A DNA stretch of 63,016 nucleotides, the filler included, from Octopus bimaculoides (lineage: Eukaryota), in the NCBI RefSeq assembly GCF_001194135.2. It is 5 parts of 5 records of this genome, joined end to end, with 100 filler letters (N's around TTAATTAATTAA, not from the genome) between each part and the next. Parts side by side here need not be neighbours in the genome. Positions count along the whole stretch, not along the records: positions 35,044 to 41,422 come from NW_026393020.1; positions 41,523 to 56,940 come from NC_068988.1; 3 more parts are not named here. One strand, given 5' to 3'. Positions 36,743-50,125 of this stretch are shown piece after piece. Below the pieces are notes generated by a model. That model did no database searches, was not told where the DNA came from, and worked only from the letters and a program-made list of their open reading frames with translations. Position 1 is the stretch's first letter; the number at the start of each line of letters is the position of its first letter. The position numbers and the translations under genes are program-made.

Positions 36743-36860
36743 CTTTTAAATTCGTTTATTTGTTTCAGTCATTTGACTGCGGCCATGAAGCAGCACCGCC
36801 TTTAGTCGAACAGATCGACCCCAGGAATTATTCTTTGCTAGCACAGTACTCACTCTATTC
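36743..36860 (-). mobile_element. SINE family A tail
   Basis: TTTGTTTCAGTCATTTGACTGCGGCCATG..GCACCGCCTTTAGTCGAACAGATCGACCCCAGG. Confidence 0.85.
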
Positions 36861-36878
36861 GTGTGTCTATATATGCAT

Positions 36879-36931
<53 letters not shown>

Positions 36932-37677
36932 CTTGCATGTCCAAAGTATTCAGGTGTACGAGCATCTACATGTGTTCATGTCTTTTTTCGCCGAAGCACT
37001 ACGTTGCGGGACTAAATACAGCAACATCAGTTGTGAAGCGATGATGGTGGTGGCGCGGGACAAACACATTCACACACACATGTATATATNNNNNNNNNNN
37101 NNNNNNNNNNNNNNNNNNNNNNNNNNNNNNNNNNNNNNNNNNNNNNNNNNNNNNNNNNNNNNNNNNNNNNNNNNNNNNNNNNNNNNNNNNNNNNNNNNNN
37201 NNNNNNNNNNNNNNNNNNNNNNNNNNNNNNNNNNNNNNNNNNNNNNNNNNNNNNNNNNNNNNNNNNNNNNNNNNNNNNNNNNNNNNNNNNNNNNNNNNNN
37301 NNNNNNNNNNNNNNNNNNNNNNNNNNNNNNNNNNNNNNNNNNNNNNNNNNNNNNNNNNNNNNNNNNNNNNNNNNNNNNNNNNNNNNNNNNNNNNNNNNNN
37401 NNNNNNNNNNNNNNNNNNNNNNNNNNNNNNNNNNNNNNNNNNNNNNNNNNNNNNNNNNNNNNNNNNNNNNNNNNNNNNNNNNNNNNNNNNNNNNNNNNNN
37501 NNNNNNNNNNNNNNNNNNNNNNNNNNNNNNNNNNNNNNNNNNNNNNNNNNNNNNNNNNNNNNNNNNNNNNNNNNNNNNNNNNNNNNNNNNNNNNNNNNNN
37601 NNNNNNNNNNNNNNNNNNNNNNNNNNNNNNNNNNNNNNNNNNNNNNNNCACACACACACACACGCACACACACACAC

Positions 37678-37713
<36 letters not shown>

Positions 37714-38892
37714 CTATCTCTCATTTACTACCACCCATACTCTCACTTCTTTCTACCGCCATTGCTCTCTCTTATTCCTTTCTCTTTCTCGAAGCTCTTC
37801 TCTGAGTTATGAAGCACTTTAAATCAAACATCTCTACATCTCTTCACGTATCTCACTTTCCTCCTTATTCTCTCACTCTCACTCCTTTCTCTCTCTCTCT
37901 CTCTCATTCTCTTTCACTCTCTTCATTCTTCCACTCCATCTATTTCCCACCTATCTGTCTCTCTGTCGTTCTTTCGCTCTCCACCTTTCCTCCCCCACCT
38001 TGTCACCCGACTCATCTCGTTTTCTACCGTAATTCATGGAGTCATTCAAACGCATTGAACTTTCCATTAGGCACAGCAATGGCTGTGACACAAACGAAGG
38101 TGGTGAGAGAAATTCTGTTAGCAAACATTGGCTCAGATAAGAAACTAACATAAGTCTTGTGACTTTAAAGAAAATTCGATTCCACCCAAACGAATGCATA
38201 TTAGAAAAGAATACCCTAACAGAGAAATCTAATGAAGCCCAAACAATGTATAGTCTTCGGTAAAAATATGCAGCAGACCTTTACTAAAGGGGATGATAGA
38301 TACGTCATCTGGAAATGGTTGTTTGTAGAGTGGTACAGTCACGGTGAAATAGTGAACGCTGACTCAGTACATTCTTAAGATGTAATTACGCAGTGTGTAT
38401 ATAGACATACATATATTTCAAGCATATATATACATAGAAACATACATTCATATGTACGCATAAGCACCCATTCATATATATATATATACACATAAACATA
38501 CAGTCATTCATACATTCATATGTACATAAATACATACGTACATACATACATACATGCATAGATACATACTACAAAGATACACACCACATTCATGTACACA
38601 CACACACACGCACACTCACACGCACACTCACTCACACGCACACTTACACACACACACACACACACACATATATATGTATATACATACATATACATATATA
38701 TATATATGTATATATATTCATATATATATTTACAAATAAATACCAATATATACAAATATACATATATATGCATATACATATATATATAGATATACATATA
38801 TATATATGTACGTATGTATATCTATATATATACACATATATATATAAATATATATATATACATAGACACAGACAAACATACAGTCTATACAG

Positions 38893-38938
<46 letters not shown>

Positions 38939-38948
38939 NNNNNNNNNN

Positions 38949-38996
<48 letters not shown>

Positions 38997-39117
38997 CACT
39001 GGGACAGATAAATCGGTATGTTTGATATATCTGTATTTATCGATATAAGTACACACGCATAAATACACGCACACACGCAAACACGCACACGCACATACAC
39101 GCGCGCACGCACACACA

Positions 39118-39149
<32 letters not shown>

Positions 39150-39499
39150 TTTACATATCTCCTTCCTCTTTATTTTGCAAGGTTTTTTTAATGCATTTTG
39201 CTGTACGTTGAAAGCCTTAATATCAACAACAATTACAGTTCGATTTATTATCGCTCTTTAATCAATTACTTACTTCATTGTTGATTGATACGTTGAAATC
39301 TTTCGCCACGCAAAAGTAACATTTTCACTGACTTCTTTCCTCATCGTCCGGTTTTCTTTTCTTCTTGTGTCTCACATTAATCGTTTTGTTATTATGTTTC
39401 TAATAAAGTGCATTACCTTTGCTTCAATTAATGTTGAAAATAAAAAAATTCAGTAGAACAGCTTTCTCGTTCAGTTCTATATTTAAGAGATGAGAATGT

Positions 39500-39840
39500 T
39501 TGAACAGAATAGTCACAGGTGATGAAACGCGGGTCCATCATTACAGGGCAGAATCCAAAAGACAGAGTATGGAATGGCAACATCCTGGCTCACCAGCTTC
39601 GAAGAAATTCAAAATTCAGTCTTCCATGGGAAGAGTGATGCTAACCCTTTTTGGGACTCTGACGGGGCTATATTAGAAGACTAGATGAAAAAGAGATATA
39701 CGAACAGTGCAAGATACAGTGCTTTGCTGGCGAGCAAACTGAAGCCAGCAATTCGCACCAAATGTCGAAGAAAATATTTGTTGTTGCATGACAATGCACG
39801 CTCAACACGGCCGCTCAGACCTTTGAAACCATTAACCAAT
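39500..39840 (+). mobile_element. Mariner transposase catalytic-domain relic
   Basis: LNRIVTGDETRVHHYRAESKRQSMEWQHPGSP..KKFK...GRVMLTLF/WDSDG...NSARY...LKPAIRTK...LLHDNARS. The first two DDD motifs are present, with a frameshift and a stop. Confidence 0.92.
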
Positions 39841-39902
39841 TGTGCTAAAAGCCTTCGATGAATTTCAGCATCTGAAACTTCCGACAACAGACATCGGATC
39901 AN
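39840..39902 (-). mobile_element. Mariner transposase N-terminal relic in opposite orientation
   Basis: The minus strand reads IRCLLSEVSDAEIHRRLLAQ, matching the mariner N-terminal helix-turn-helix region (VIRFLWSEG...EIHRRLLAQYG-like). Confidence 0.75.
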
Positions 39903-40308
39903 NNNNNNNNNNNNNNNNNNNNNNNNNNNNNNNNNNNNNNNNNNNNNNNNNNNNNNNNNNNNNNNNNNNNNNNNNNNNNNNNNNNNNNNNNNNNNNNNNN
40001 NNNNNNNNNNNNNNNNNNNNNNNNNNNNNNNNNNNNNNNNNNNNNNNNNNNNNNNNNNNNNNNNNNNATATATATATATATATATATATATATAATACAT
40101 CGATGATGTATGCCTATGTATATGTAATTTGATTAAAATATTAAACGCTACACACGTACACCTGCGTCTTTCCTACGAGAGTTCTTCAGGTATAAATTTA
40201 AAGTAAATAACACGATACACTCCATTAGCCTGCGTTTTATTTCCAGTGTGCACTGTGCTCAGTTAATTGAACGAGTATTACGTAAAGCTATATACGTATA
40301 TGTACATA

Positions 40309-40985
40309 CAATAACGTGCAAAAATCTTCGGTCACTTTAAACTATTGTAAATTTCTGCAAATTTCCGACTTATAAGTGGATGTTTCGCATTGCGTTTTTT
40401 TAGAGATGAAACATTGGCCCTGTTGGAATCATTTCCATACCTAATCATTATATTTTGCAGTAGGGATTCTGAATGTGATGGGAAGATGCAAGACGACCAC
40501 AAAAAAAATGGCCGTGCAAGAGTTTTCGACCACCTCACATAAATCAATCAAGATACAATGTTTTAAAACAAAAAAATGACTATAATGAAAATTTATTACA
40601 TAATGTTCATTTCAAGAAGTTGGATTCCCTTAGCTTGAATAATTGCTTCAATGCGCCTGGGAAGAGATGCATGCAAATCCTTCATCATCTTCATAGGTAT
40701 TAGATGCCATTTACTATGGCTGAGCCCTTACAATTCTTCAAGATTGCGTGAATTCCTCTGACGTGCTCTTGTATTTAGTTCTGTCCACATGTGCTCTATG
40801 ATTTTTAAGTCAATGCTCTGATCTGGCCAATCTTTTAATACGGTAACCCCTTCATTAGCCAAACTCTGTTGTGTTGCACAAGATCTGTGGCATAGAGCTC
40901 CGTCATGCTGAAAAATGTCACCTTCATCCAAGTCTGGTATTAAATTGTCCTTCAGCATGTGTTTGGCATTATTCAGGTCATAAAT
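40309..40985 (-). mobile_element. Tc1-family element, 3' half (DD34E transposase relic and terminal repeat)
   Basis: MLKDNLIP...IFQHDGALCHRS...WPDQSIDLKIIEHMW...NLEEL*...W..IP...SLPRRIEAIIQAKG. The terminus TA|CAATAACGTGCAAAAATCTTCGGTCAC lies at 40307-40335. Confidence 0.88.
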
Positions 40986-41422
40986 AAACTATTTTGCTGT
41001 AGACAAATTCAACGGAGTGGGATCGAAGTTCTACAAGACAACTGCTCAATCTGGAGTGAGTGGTACCCTCCGGCTCGCCAAAATATATTAGTCCATATAC
41101 ATGCATTTGTTGATCTGGTATTAAGAAGTGTGGTGGAATTCTTGGATCTAAAATGAATGTGCAATCTTTCGGCTATACATAAGTTGCTTATTCTCAGAGA
41201 CGTGTAACCATTATAAGTAACATTACCCATCCGTGAAATCCTTGGGAGAATTAACCATTGTGGATATGACAACCCTCCACGATGGTTACTTCTGCAAAGA
41301 ATTCTACAATCCATTATGTTACTCATAAGCATATTATGTCTCTGACGATTTGTAATACATCTTGATTATTTCATGAACAATATGTAACTAATAATCATTG
41401 TTAATGAAATGTGCGTATATGA

Positions 41423-41522
41423 NNNNNNNNNNNNNNNNNNNNNNNNNNNNNNNNNNNNNNNNNNNNTTAATTAATTAANNNNNNNNNNNNNNNNNNNNNN
41501 NNNNNNNNNNNNNNNNNNNNNN
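41423..41522. other. Synthetic assembly join: 44 N + TTAATTAATTAA + 44 N
   Basis: Same 100-bp block as at 28977. Confidence 0.95.
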
Positions 41523-41534
41523 CAGTAGAAAAAG

Positions 41535-41535
41535 A

Positions 41536-41594
<59 letters not shown>

Positions 41595-41634
41595 CATCAT
41601 CATCATTATTATTATTATTATTATTATCATCATC

Positions 41635-41712
<78 letters not shown>

Positions 41713-41715
41713 TTC
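41535..41715. repeat. (ATT)n/(ATC)n compound microsatellite
   Basis: Direct inspection; explains the poly-I/M ORF. Confidence 0.95.
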
Positions 41716-42599
41716 ATTACATGCTGTATTAATTGATAGTTAATGGAGAAAGTCTAAGGTTATTATTTTACACTAGCGTATGAAAGTAGATGAAGCTCTT
41801 ATATTGAGCTGAATGTCGCCTTTTGAATTCAATCAAACAGCGGGGGAGCAGCGAAAGTAGGTAAAAACCAACTACAACACAAAAAAGACTACAAGAACTA
41901 CTACTACTACAAAATGTACCCCGAGTGGCTGCCAGCTGTTGTCCATAAACACTGTTCTTGTCAGTTGTCTATTAGTGCTTTGGAAAACAACAATAGCGAA
42001 GAAGAGCGACGAATGAATTATATTTTCATCAAACGAAACCATCTTCCAGGTCGAAAACATTAGAATAAAACGATTTGGCTCCTGACACCATAGCTCATCC
42101 TTCTCCACCACCACACCACTACCATCACCACAACCACTTTAAGTCACCCCTCCCCCGCTCCCCACCCTAAACCGAATCTCAGCTCGGCAACCAACCAGCC
42201 AACCCCATCTCCATGAACATAGATGATAGACACACACACCCGACCAACAAGTTTATCTATGTCGTCATCGTCGTCGTCCTCCTCCTCCCCCTTCTCCTCC
42301 TCCNNNNNNNNNNNNNNNNNNNNNNNNNNNNNNNNNNNNNNNNNNNNNNNNNNNNNNNNNNNNNNNNNNNNNNNNNNNNNNNNNNNNNNNNNNNNNNNNN
42401 NNNNNNNNNNNNNNNNNNNNNNNNNNNNNNNNNNNNNNNNNNNNNNNNNNNNNNNNNNNNNNNNNNNNNNNNNNNNNNNNNNNNNNNNNNNNNNNNNNNN
42501 NNNNNNNNNNNNNNNNNNNNNNNNNNNNNNNNNNNNNNNNNNNNNNNNNNNNNNNNNNNNNNNNNNNNNNNNNNNNNNNNNNNNNNNNNNNNNNNNNNN

Positions 42600-42643
<44 letters not shown>

Positions 42644-44130
42644 CTTATGTATACATACATGGTTTATGTGTGTGTGTGTTTATTCGGCTGTAAATCTGTA
42701 AATTTACGTCAGTGTTTCTTCTATGATAAATATGATGAATGCGTTACACGAAACTCTTAATGCGTCTAATATAAAGAAAGCAGTAAAATGTTGCAGCTTG
42801 GTGGATTCGAACGTGGTGTCTGCTGTAAGCAGTATAGTTAAGCTAACCACCATACCGAGGTGAGATCACTGCTTTTGATCGCTGAAATAAAAGTGTCGTT
42901 AGAACAAATTATAATTCAGTGGCGGACAAAGTTCACTTGTAATTGTTGTGGAACTGTTTTTAAAATTGCTAAAACTGTCAGCGTTTAAATTCCAGATATA
43001 CTTGGATGAAGAGGTGGGGATACATTCCTCTGAGTGCCTTGAGATGCACATAAGCGTCTTTGTAAATCTATGCATCTCGATATAATAAAATTCTAGCAGC
43101 CTTTAACAGAACCTCTCCTTGAAAAACCTTTAGAATTTTATTCCAGTTACTGATTCTGATGGTGTACGTGCTAGGATATATTTACTGGGAAATACAGTCT
43201 CTGTAGTAACTTGATGAGAAATTTCGACAATTATCGTAAAACAGCAAAAGCTTCCAAGCATGCATAGTAATATTAATATCAGAAACATTAACATAAATTC
43301 CAGCCCTGCCCGCAAAATGTTAAGAAGCTCAATTAAAAGTATTTGCAAGCGCATATTCAGCTCGTACTTCAACAGGGAAACTTTTAATCATGCTGCTTAT
43401 TATTATCATTATTATTATTATTATGACGTATTTCAAGAAAAAGACTTCAAAGATAGAATGTATTAAATACTAATACTAAAAAACACAAAAATAAGAAGCG
43501 AAATATTATATGGTTCAATCCACCATAAAGTTTAAATGTTCTTCCCGATGTTGGCAGGATTTAAACATTTTATAGGTGAAATAAATATCAGAGATGCTTT
43601 GTCCCACACAGAAACTGCAGGAACCACTCAGGTTTTGCAATCTATTCTAAACCGATTGCAATGCTGGATACCCTTCAGTACAGTCAGCAGGTATTATTTC
43701 AGGGTAACAAATGACTCACCCCTTAGCCCGTACACTTCGCAAAATCTAGTCTTAGGGCCAAGAAGACGAGAAGAATGGGTAACGCTTAGACAATATCTTA
43801 AAAGACAGCGAGACAAAGATTTTGTGCCTGGTCAGCTCGGGACCAGTGTAAGAAAGGAAAAGATAGGGAAGCTGGCCGCGGGTCACGTGACAGCAACAGG
43901 CAGAGGAGAAAGAGAGCAAGAGAGAGGGAAAAAGAGTGACAGGTTTTAGTGTGTGTGTGTGTGTGTATTTACACACATATAAATATATATGCATATACAC
44001 ATTTACACATACTTGTGTGCGTATGTGTGTATGTATATATACATATGTAGATCTATACACAAGTATATGCATAGATATATGTATGTCTGTGTATGTATAT
44101 GTATATGTATATATGCATATATATATGTAT

Positions 44131-44175
<45 letters not shown>

Positions 44176-44499
44176 CACACATATATATATATATGTATAC
44201 ATACAACTACATGCGCCCACACACACACACATATCTTTACACATTGTCATTTTGTGTGTGCGTGTGTGCGCGCAACTGGGTATTTGGTTTTGGCTTCTAG
44301 TATTTTCGTGAAGGTTACTTCATCTGCTAGAGTGCAATCTTCTAAATATACATTACATTTACTGACAGTCATATTCCGAACCTGTCATAAGAACAAGAAA
44401 CCGCCACAATTTCTATTCCTGACAGGTGGGGGGGGGTGGGGGTGGGGAGATCGTTGCCCCCCAACACTAGACTGGTAATACTTTTCGGTTGAATAGAAT

Positions 44500-44830
44500 G
44501 AAAAGTAGCTAATAAAAGAAACTGGACGTTTCTGACAGCAGATACCTCTAAAAAATACCATGCACCCTATGAAACGACTTTATGAAGAACGAGGAGGTCA
44601 GAGAGAGATTAAGCCAACGTCTATTAAGCGTCCTCATCAACAAGAACCGACTGAGTTGGTTGGGACATGCTGTAAAACTTGTCGATCAAGTCCTTAAGTG
44701 GAACCCTGAAAGTCAAATGCGCAGAGGAGTTCTCTGATGAACTGGCACTGGACAATCGATAGGAACCTTCCGTTGAGAAACCAGTGATGCAATGATGCAC
44801 TGACCGTGGCTGCTGGCTGATCCTGCCTGG
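44500..44830 (+). mobile_element. RTE-clade LINE 3' fragment
   Basis: LDVSDSRYL*KI...NDFMKNEEVRERLSQ...KNRLSWLGHAV...VLKWNPESQMRRG matches the RTE C-terminal NEEV...RRL.WLGHV...W.P...RG motif. Confidence 0.8.
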
Positions 44831-44873
44831 AGTATTTTCACTTTCGTATGAGTTATACGTACATGAGCTGAAC

Positions 44874-45162
44874 TGGCACTCCGTCGCTATCGACGGCGAG
44901 AGTTCCAGTTGATCCGATCAATGGAACAGCCTGAAATTAAGGTGTTAGTGGCTGAACACTCCACATATACCACGTGTACTCTTGTGACAAGGATGGTACC
45001 TCCTTGAAATACAGGTACCACTCCTTTTTTGCTAACTGGATGGACTGGAACAACGTGGAATAAAGTGTCTTGCTTAAAAGACACAACGCGCCGCCAGGAA
45101 ACGAACTCAGGACCTGACGATTGTAAGCAGAATACACCTAACAACTAAGCCACGCACCATCA
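44874..45162 (-). mobile_element. SINE family C
   Basis: Reverse complement: GTGCGTGGCTTAGTTGTTAGG...GAGTTCGTTTCC...GATCGGATCAACTGGAACTCTCGCCGTCG..GACGGAGTGCCA. Confidence 0.85.
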
Positions 45163-45827
45163 TCATCCATCCATCCATCCATCCATTCAACTACATATAC
45201 AAAGATGCGCGCCATGCCCTCACATGTTCGAACACAAATGTCCACTGAGTACAATCAACTCATGAACGACTGTACGAATTCATACATAGTAACACGGGCA
45301 CAGGTTAGAACACGTGTGTGTGTGTGTGTATGGACTATATATATATATATATGTATGCACGGGCACACACACACATACACACATTGCGAATGTAATAAGA
45401 CGTAAAGTGACATCTTATCTATAATCATTTAATAATAAAAAGAATACTACCAATTATGATGATGATGATGATGATGATGATGACGATGATGATGGTGGTG
45501 GTGATGGCGTTGGCGGGAGCAATGATTATTGAAAGATCTCTTGTTTAGTGGCCCCAACACATTTTTCTCAAGGGCCTCCTAAGAAGGATGCTATCAACAT
45601 CGGACCAGAGTGTTACTCTGACGTAGATCGCCTTCCACTAATTATCTCCCAGTGTGGTTGATTTGGCGCAGATAGTAGAGAGCTGCTCCCCCATCTAGAA
45701 TATAATCAGTTCAAATCCCGCCCAGGTCGAATGACTTTCTCTTACATTCCTTCAAGAATTGGTTAATAAAATATTAATATTTATTTGTTAGAGTCATGAA
45801 CAAATTGGGTAATTGCTTACCTTCTCA

Positions 45828-46055
45828 TACGACTGATGCTGCCTGTCTCGTTTCTCCATTTGTTTCTTTCGTTGTTCGACAAAAAGTTCGTTTTCTATGC
45901 TTTTGTTTTTATGTTTTCGTTTCTCATTTTTTTGGCATTTCTTTTGATGTCCTGTACCCATATATACATGTATATATACATATATATGTAGGTATGTACA
46001 TATATGTACGGACATATGCATATATTTATACATTATTTATATCATTATATGATCG
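45828..46055 (+). repeat. Repeat X-related variant
   Basis: Shares TCCATTTGTTTCTTTCGTTGTTCGA with 27938 and GATGTCCTGTACCCA...GTAGGTATGTACATA...TATGATCGAA with repeat X. Confidence 0.65.
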
Positions 46056-46140
46056 AATAATGACTAATAATAAGTACATTATAATTAAAAATAATTCAAC
46101 TGAATCTTAATTATTTCTCTCTCTCTTTCTCTGTGTCTCA

Positions 46141-46194
<54 letters not shown>

Positions 46195-46202
46195 TCTATA
46201 TA

Positions 46203-46266
<64 letters not shown>

Positions 46267-46619
46267 TATACATACATATACATATACACATATACATATA
46301 TATATATATATGTGTGAGTGTGTGTGTGTGTGTCTTCGATTCCTAGACTGGGCGGTGCGTTGGGTTCTTGAACAAAACACCTAGTGCTCACCTGCTCACC
46401 TAGCCAGTGGGGTGGTGTCATTTGATGGCTAAAATGATGCAAAGTGCATTGTGACCAGCGACGTGTAACAGTATCTGATAGTCTGGTCGGTCACGTGAGA
46501 TATATATATTTATATATCATATATGTTATATATATTATATATATATATATATATATAAGTCATATACATAGATACATGCATATACATATATTTGTGTGTG
46601 TGCACGCGCGTCCGAGTGT

Positions 46620-46812
46620 ATGTGTGATTGCGTGTGTTTGTCGCCCCACCGACTGTTTATGCCTCCGTGACCTAGCGGTTTGAGCAAAGAGCCCAATAAA
46701 ATATGTAACAGATTTTAAAAGCAAACAAGTAGTAAGATCGATTTGTTTGACTAAATCCTTCACGACTGTCCTCCAGCATGGCCGACGCCCAAATGACTGA
46801 TGAAAGTAAAAT
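46620..46812 (+). mobile_element. SINE family A, 3' half, diverged
   Basis: TAGCGGTTTGAGCAAAGAG...GATCGATTTGTTTGACTAAA...CCAGCATGGCCG...AAATGACTGA. Confidence 0.8.
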
Positions 46813-47713
46813 CAAGAAAAGTTACATAAATGCAGAATTTCTTCCAGTATATGAAATAAGTATTTACTGTAGACGTTTTGCAGCAATCTTCGTTTCCTTT
46901 TCAATCTTGTTCCAATAAAAACTGAATTCTTTATCAGAGACATCTCCCATCAAAACCCCTACCTCCAAAATAATTTTAAAAATCAAACAAAATAGAGGAA
47001 TATGTCGTTCTTATAAGAAATATAAACGGCAGATTTTTGAATTGACTGCGAACTGGAACTAGTAACTAAAATATGCTACAGCCATCTTTAAACCATATCG
47101 GTCGCCATCTTGACTGGAGTTAGGTTATACAGAACTGTTTTTATTTTTTGCTGTGTTGTGTTACACTTCAAGAACAAAAACTTAACTACCATTGATTTTT
47201 TTTTTCAATCTGTGGTCGTCGTTTTCGATGTGAAGCATTGAATATCAGTTAAGAAGACTATCAAAAGTTATTCATTCTCATTTAACAAAGAATATCGCTA
47301 GGGGAGGGCAGCAGCTTCATATGAACATTATTGTACATGACATATCCTGTCTTCTCAAAGCTGGGTACCTCACATACTGTACAAATGCCAAATATCATAT
47401 AAGTAAGAAGATCCGTGTGTCGCTCGTATAAAAGAAATAACTGGCTCGTTTACAATGCCATTCCATATTTTTTTGTTTCTTTCTTAAAATTCGGGTTGTC
47501 TGTACCACAAGGCATTGCCTATAAATGTCATGCGTTTGCCAAAATTAAACGTAGAATCTGTGACAAATCTTTTAGGCAAAGTTTGGTGTTGGCTGACATT
47601 TCAGCTCTGACACCAGATAGCTGCAGCTAATGAGGAATCTTGGAAGGAAAAGAAAAAAAAATCGAGACCTGACTTAACAGAATCTTTATTCAGAAATGTT
47701 TCTCAATATATTA

Positions 47714-48124
47714 AGACGCAGGCGTGGCTGTGTGGTAAGAAGTTTGCCTCCCAACCACATGGTTCCGGGTTCAGTTCCTTTGAGTGGTACCTTGGCCAAG
47801 CGTTTTTTACTATAACCTCGGGCTGACCAAAACCCTGTGAGTAGATTTGGTAGACAAAAACTGAAAGATGCCTGTCATGTGTGTGTGTGTGTGTGTATGT
47901 GTGTGTGTGTATGTGTGTGTGTGTTTGTTCCTCATCACTGCTTGACAGCCGGTGTTAGTGAGTTTACGTCCTCGTAATTTAGCGGTTCGGCAAAAGAGAC
48001 CAGCAGAGTAAGTACCAGGCTTAAAAATTGTCGATTCATTCGACTAAAAATTCTTCAAGGCGGTGCCCCAGCATGGTCGCAGTCTAATGGCTTGATACAA
48101 GTAAAAGATAAAAATTAAAAGATA
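47714..48124 (+). mobile_element. Full-length SINE family A (tRNA-derived head, internal GT microsatellite, AT-rich tail)
   Basis: A-box GTGGCTGTGTGGTAAG, B-box GGTTCAGTTCC, (GT)n core, tail GGCGGTGCCCCAGCATGGTCGCAGTC...AAGTAAAAGATAAAA. Confidence 0.92.
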
Positions 48125-48504
48125 TTTAAATCAATGAAGCCAATTAAAAATATTACTTTCTTTTGATTAAGACATAACCGGAAGTTGTGGCTCGCATGCT
48201 TTTTCTTTTTAGCTAAAGCTAAACCTCAATGACCAAAGTTTTAAATTCTAACGTAACAGCCATCTTTGATCATTATACTTCGCTCGCCATGAGAATAACC
48301 AGTGACTCACCTCTCTATTTTCTTAATATGCCATGGAAGTTCCCGGTGAATCCCAATTGAGACCCTTTTTTTAATGGAATTTTAGTCAATAAAAGCTGAG
48401 AGAGGACCTGGCAAGAAGGGTACAAACCACTGTCGTCTCCATCTTTTGAGTATTGTCTTCAAGAAAAGTCATTCTTGTGAAAGAGAAGCTATTCAGGCTT
48501 ATAC

Positions 48505-48610
48505 AAGCCTTTCTACTATAGGCACAAGACCTGAAATGTCGACCTTGGCGGAATTTGAACTTGGAACGTAGCGGCAGACGAAATACCGCTCAGCATTCCA
48601 CCCAACGTGA
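48505..48610 (-). mobile_element. SINE family B, internally deleted
   Basis: Tail CTTTCTACTATAGGCACAAG joined to GACCTTGGCGGAATTTGAACT...GACGAAATACCGCT. Confidence 0.8.
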
Positions 48611-49957
48611 TTTAGGCTTCTATAACATAATCTGAAATCTAATCAGTAGAAAAAAGAAACAAACAAATGAAAAAAATCCATAAATGGGTTTATAATGAAT
48701 ATTTTAAAACATTTTAAAACGTATCACTAGTGACTCCTGTGGCACAGAAGGAATATAATATTCGTTTTGTACAGCAGGTGTCGCTGGTGATACTCATGCT
48801 ATAAATCAATGAGGTCATTTATATACTAAGAACATATTTGTGGTTAAACAATTAAAGAATCATAATTTATAACAAAACTATAGTAAAAGGAAATATGGCG
48901 CAAAATGGGTTTGGTAGGCAAAGTGTTAAACTAGAGAGAAATCTCAAAATGAAACAGTAGAGTCTTTGGCAATTAGTGATGGTCTGTGTTGGAATATATT
49001 AAGTTCAATAAGTTCGTAAAATAGAATAAGTTAAGTTATTATTAGAATATGTAATGAAGTGAGCATTAAATACTTAATTTAAATATTAATTACGTACAAT
49101 ATTTATTTAATGACTAATATTTATTTTAATAATTTCGGACAGGATTCGTTCCAATTAAATTTTCGCTTCATCAAACGAAATGTCCCCCCCCCCNNNNNNN
49201 NNNNNNNNNNNNNNNNNNNNNNNNNNNNNNNNNNNNNNNNNNNNNNNNNNNNNNNNNNNNNNNNNNNNNNNNNNNNNNNNNNNNNNNNNNNNNNNNNNNN
49301 NNNNNNNNNNNNNNNNNNNNNNNNNNNNNNNNNNNNNNNNNNNNNNNNNNNNNNNNNNNNNNNNNNNNNNNNNNNNNNNNNNNNNNNNNNNNNNNNNNNN
49401 NNNNNNNNNNNNNNNNNNNNNNNNNNNNNNNNNNNNNNNNNNNNNNNNNNNNNNNNNNNNNNNNNNNNNNNNNNNNNNNNNNNNNNNNNNNNNNNNNNNN
49501 NNNNNNNNNNNNNNNNNNNNNNNNNNNNNNNNNNNNNNNNNNNNNNNNNNNNNNNNNNNNNNNNNNNNNNNNNNNNNNNNNNNNNNNNNNNNNNNNNNNN
49601 NNNNNNNNNNNNNNNNNNNNNNNNNNNNNNNNNNNNNNNNNNNNNNNNNNNNNNNNNNNNNNNNNNNNNNNNNNNNNNNNNNNNNNNNNNNNNNNNNNNN
49701 NNNNNNNNNNNNNNNNNNNNNNNNNNNNNNNNNNNNNNNNNNNNNNNNNNNNNNNNNNNNNNNNNNNNNNNNNNNNNNNNNNNNNNNNNNNNNNNNNNNN
49801 NNNNNNNNNNNNNNNNNNNNNNNNNNNNNNNNNNNNNNNNNNNNNNNNNNNNNNNNNNNNNNNNNNNNNNNNNNNNNNNNNNNNNNNNNNNNNNNNNNNN
49901 NNNNNNNNNNNNNNNNNNNNNNNNNNNNNNNNNNNNNNNNNNNNNNNNNNNNNNNNN

Positions 49958-50125
49958 CTTCTTCTTCTTCTTCTTCTTCTTCTTCTTCTTCTTCTCCTCC
50001 TCCTCCTCCTTCTTCTTCTTCTTCTTCTTCTTCTTCTTCTTCTCCTCCTCCTCCTCCTCCTCCTCCTCCTCCTTCTTCTTCTTCTTCTTCTTCTTCTTCC
50101 TTCCTTCCTTCCTTCCTTCCTTCCC
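49958..50125. repeat. (CTT)n/(CCT)n/(CCTT)n polypyrimidine tract next to a gap
   Basis: Direct inspection. Confidence 0.95.

Noticed and set aside
41009-41332. 107-aa minus ORF upstream of the Tc1 relic
   Set aside because: Lacks the first Tc1 Asp motif and any dehydrogenase motif; unassignable in any frame.
42793-42860. Minus-strand tRNA-like segment with GTTCGAATCC
   Set aside because: No complete cloverleaf; best seen as a decayed SINE head or tRNA pseudogene.
42950-43950. Several 68-137-aa ORFs in unique-looking sequence
   Set aside because: No homology I recognise, interrupted frames, and they do not match the missing dehydrogenase exons.
46864-46969. Minus frame FGGRVLMGDVSDKEFSFYWNKIEKETKIAAKRLQ* as a terminal exon
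   Set aside because: An in-frame stop lies just upstream, only a poor GAG acceptor is available, and it does not resemble the dehydrogenase C-terminus.
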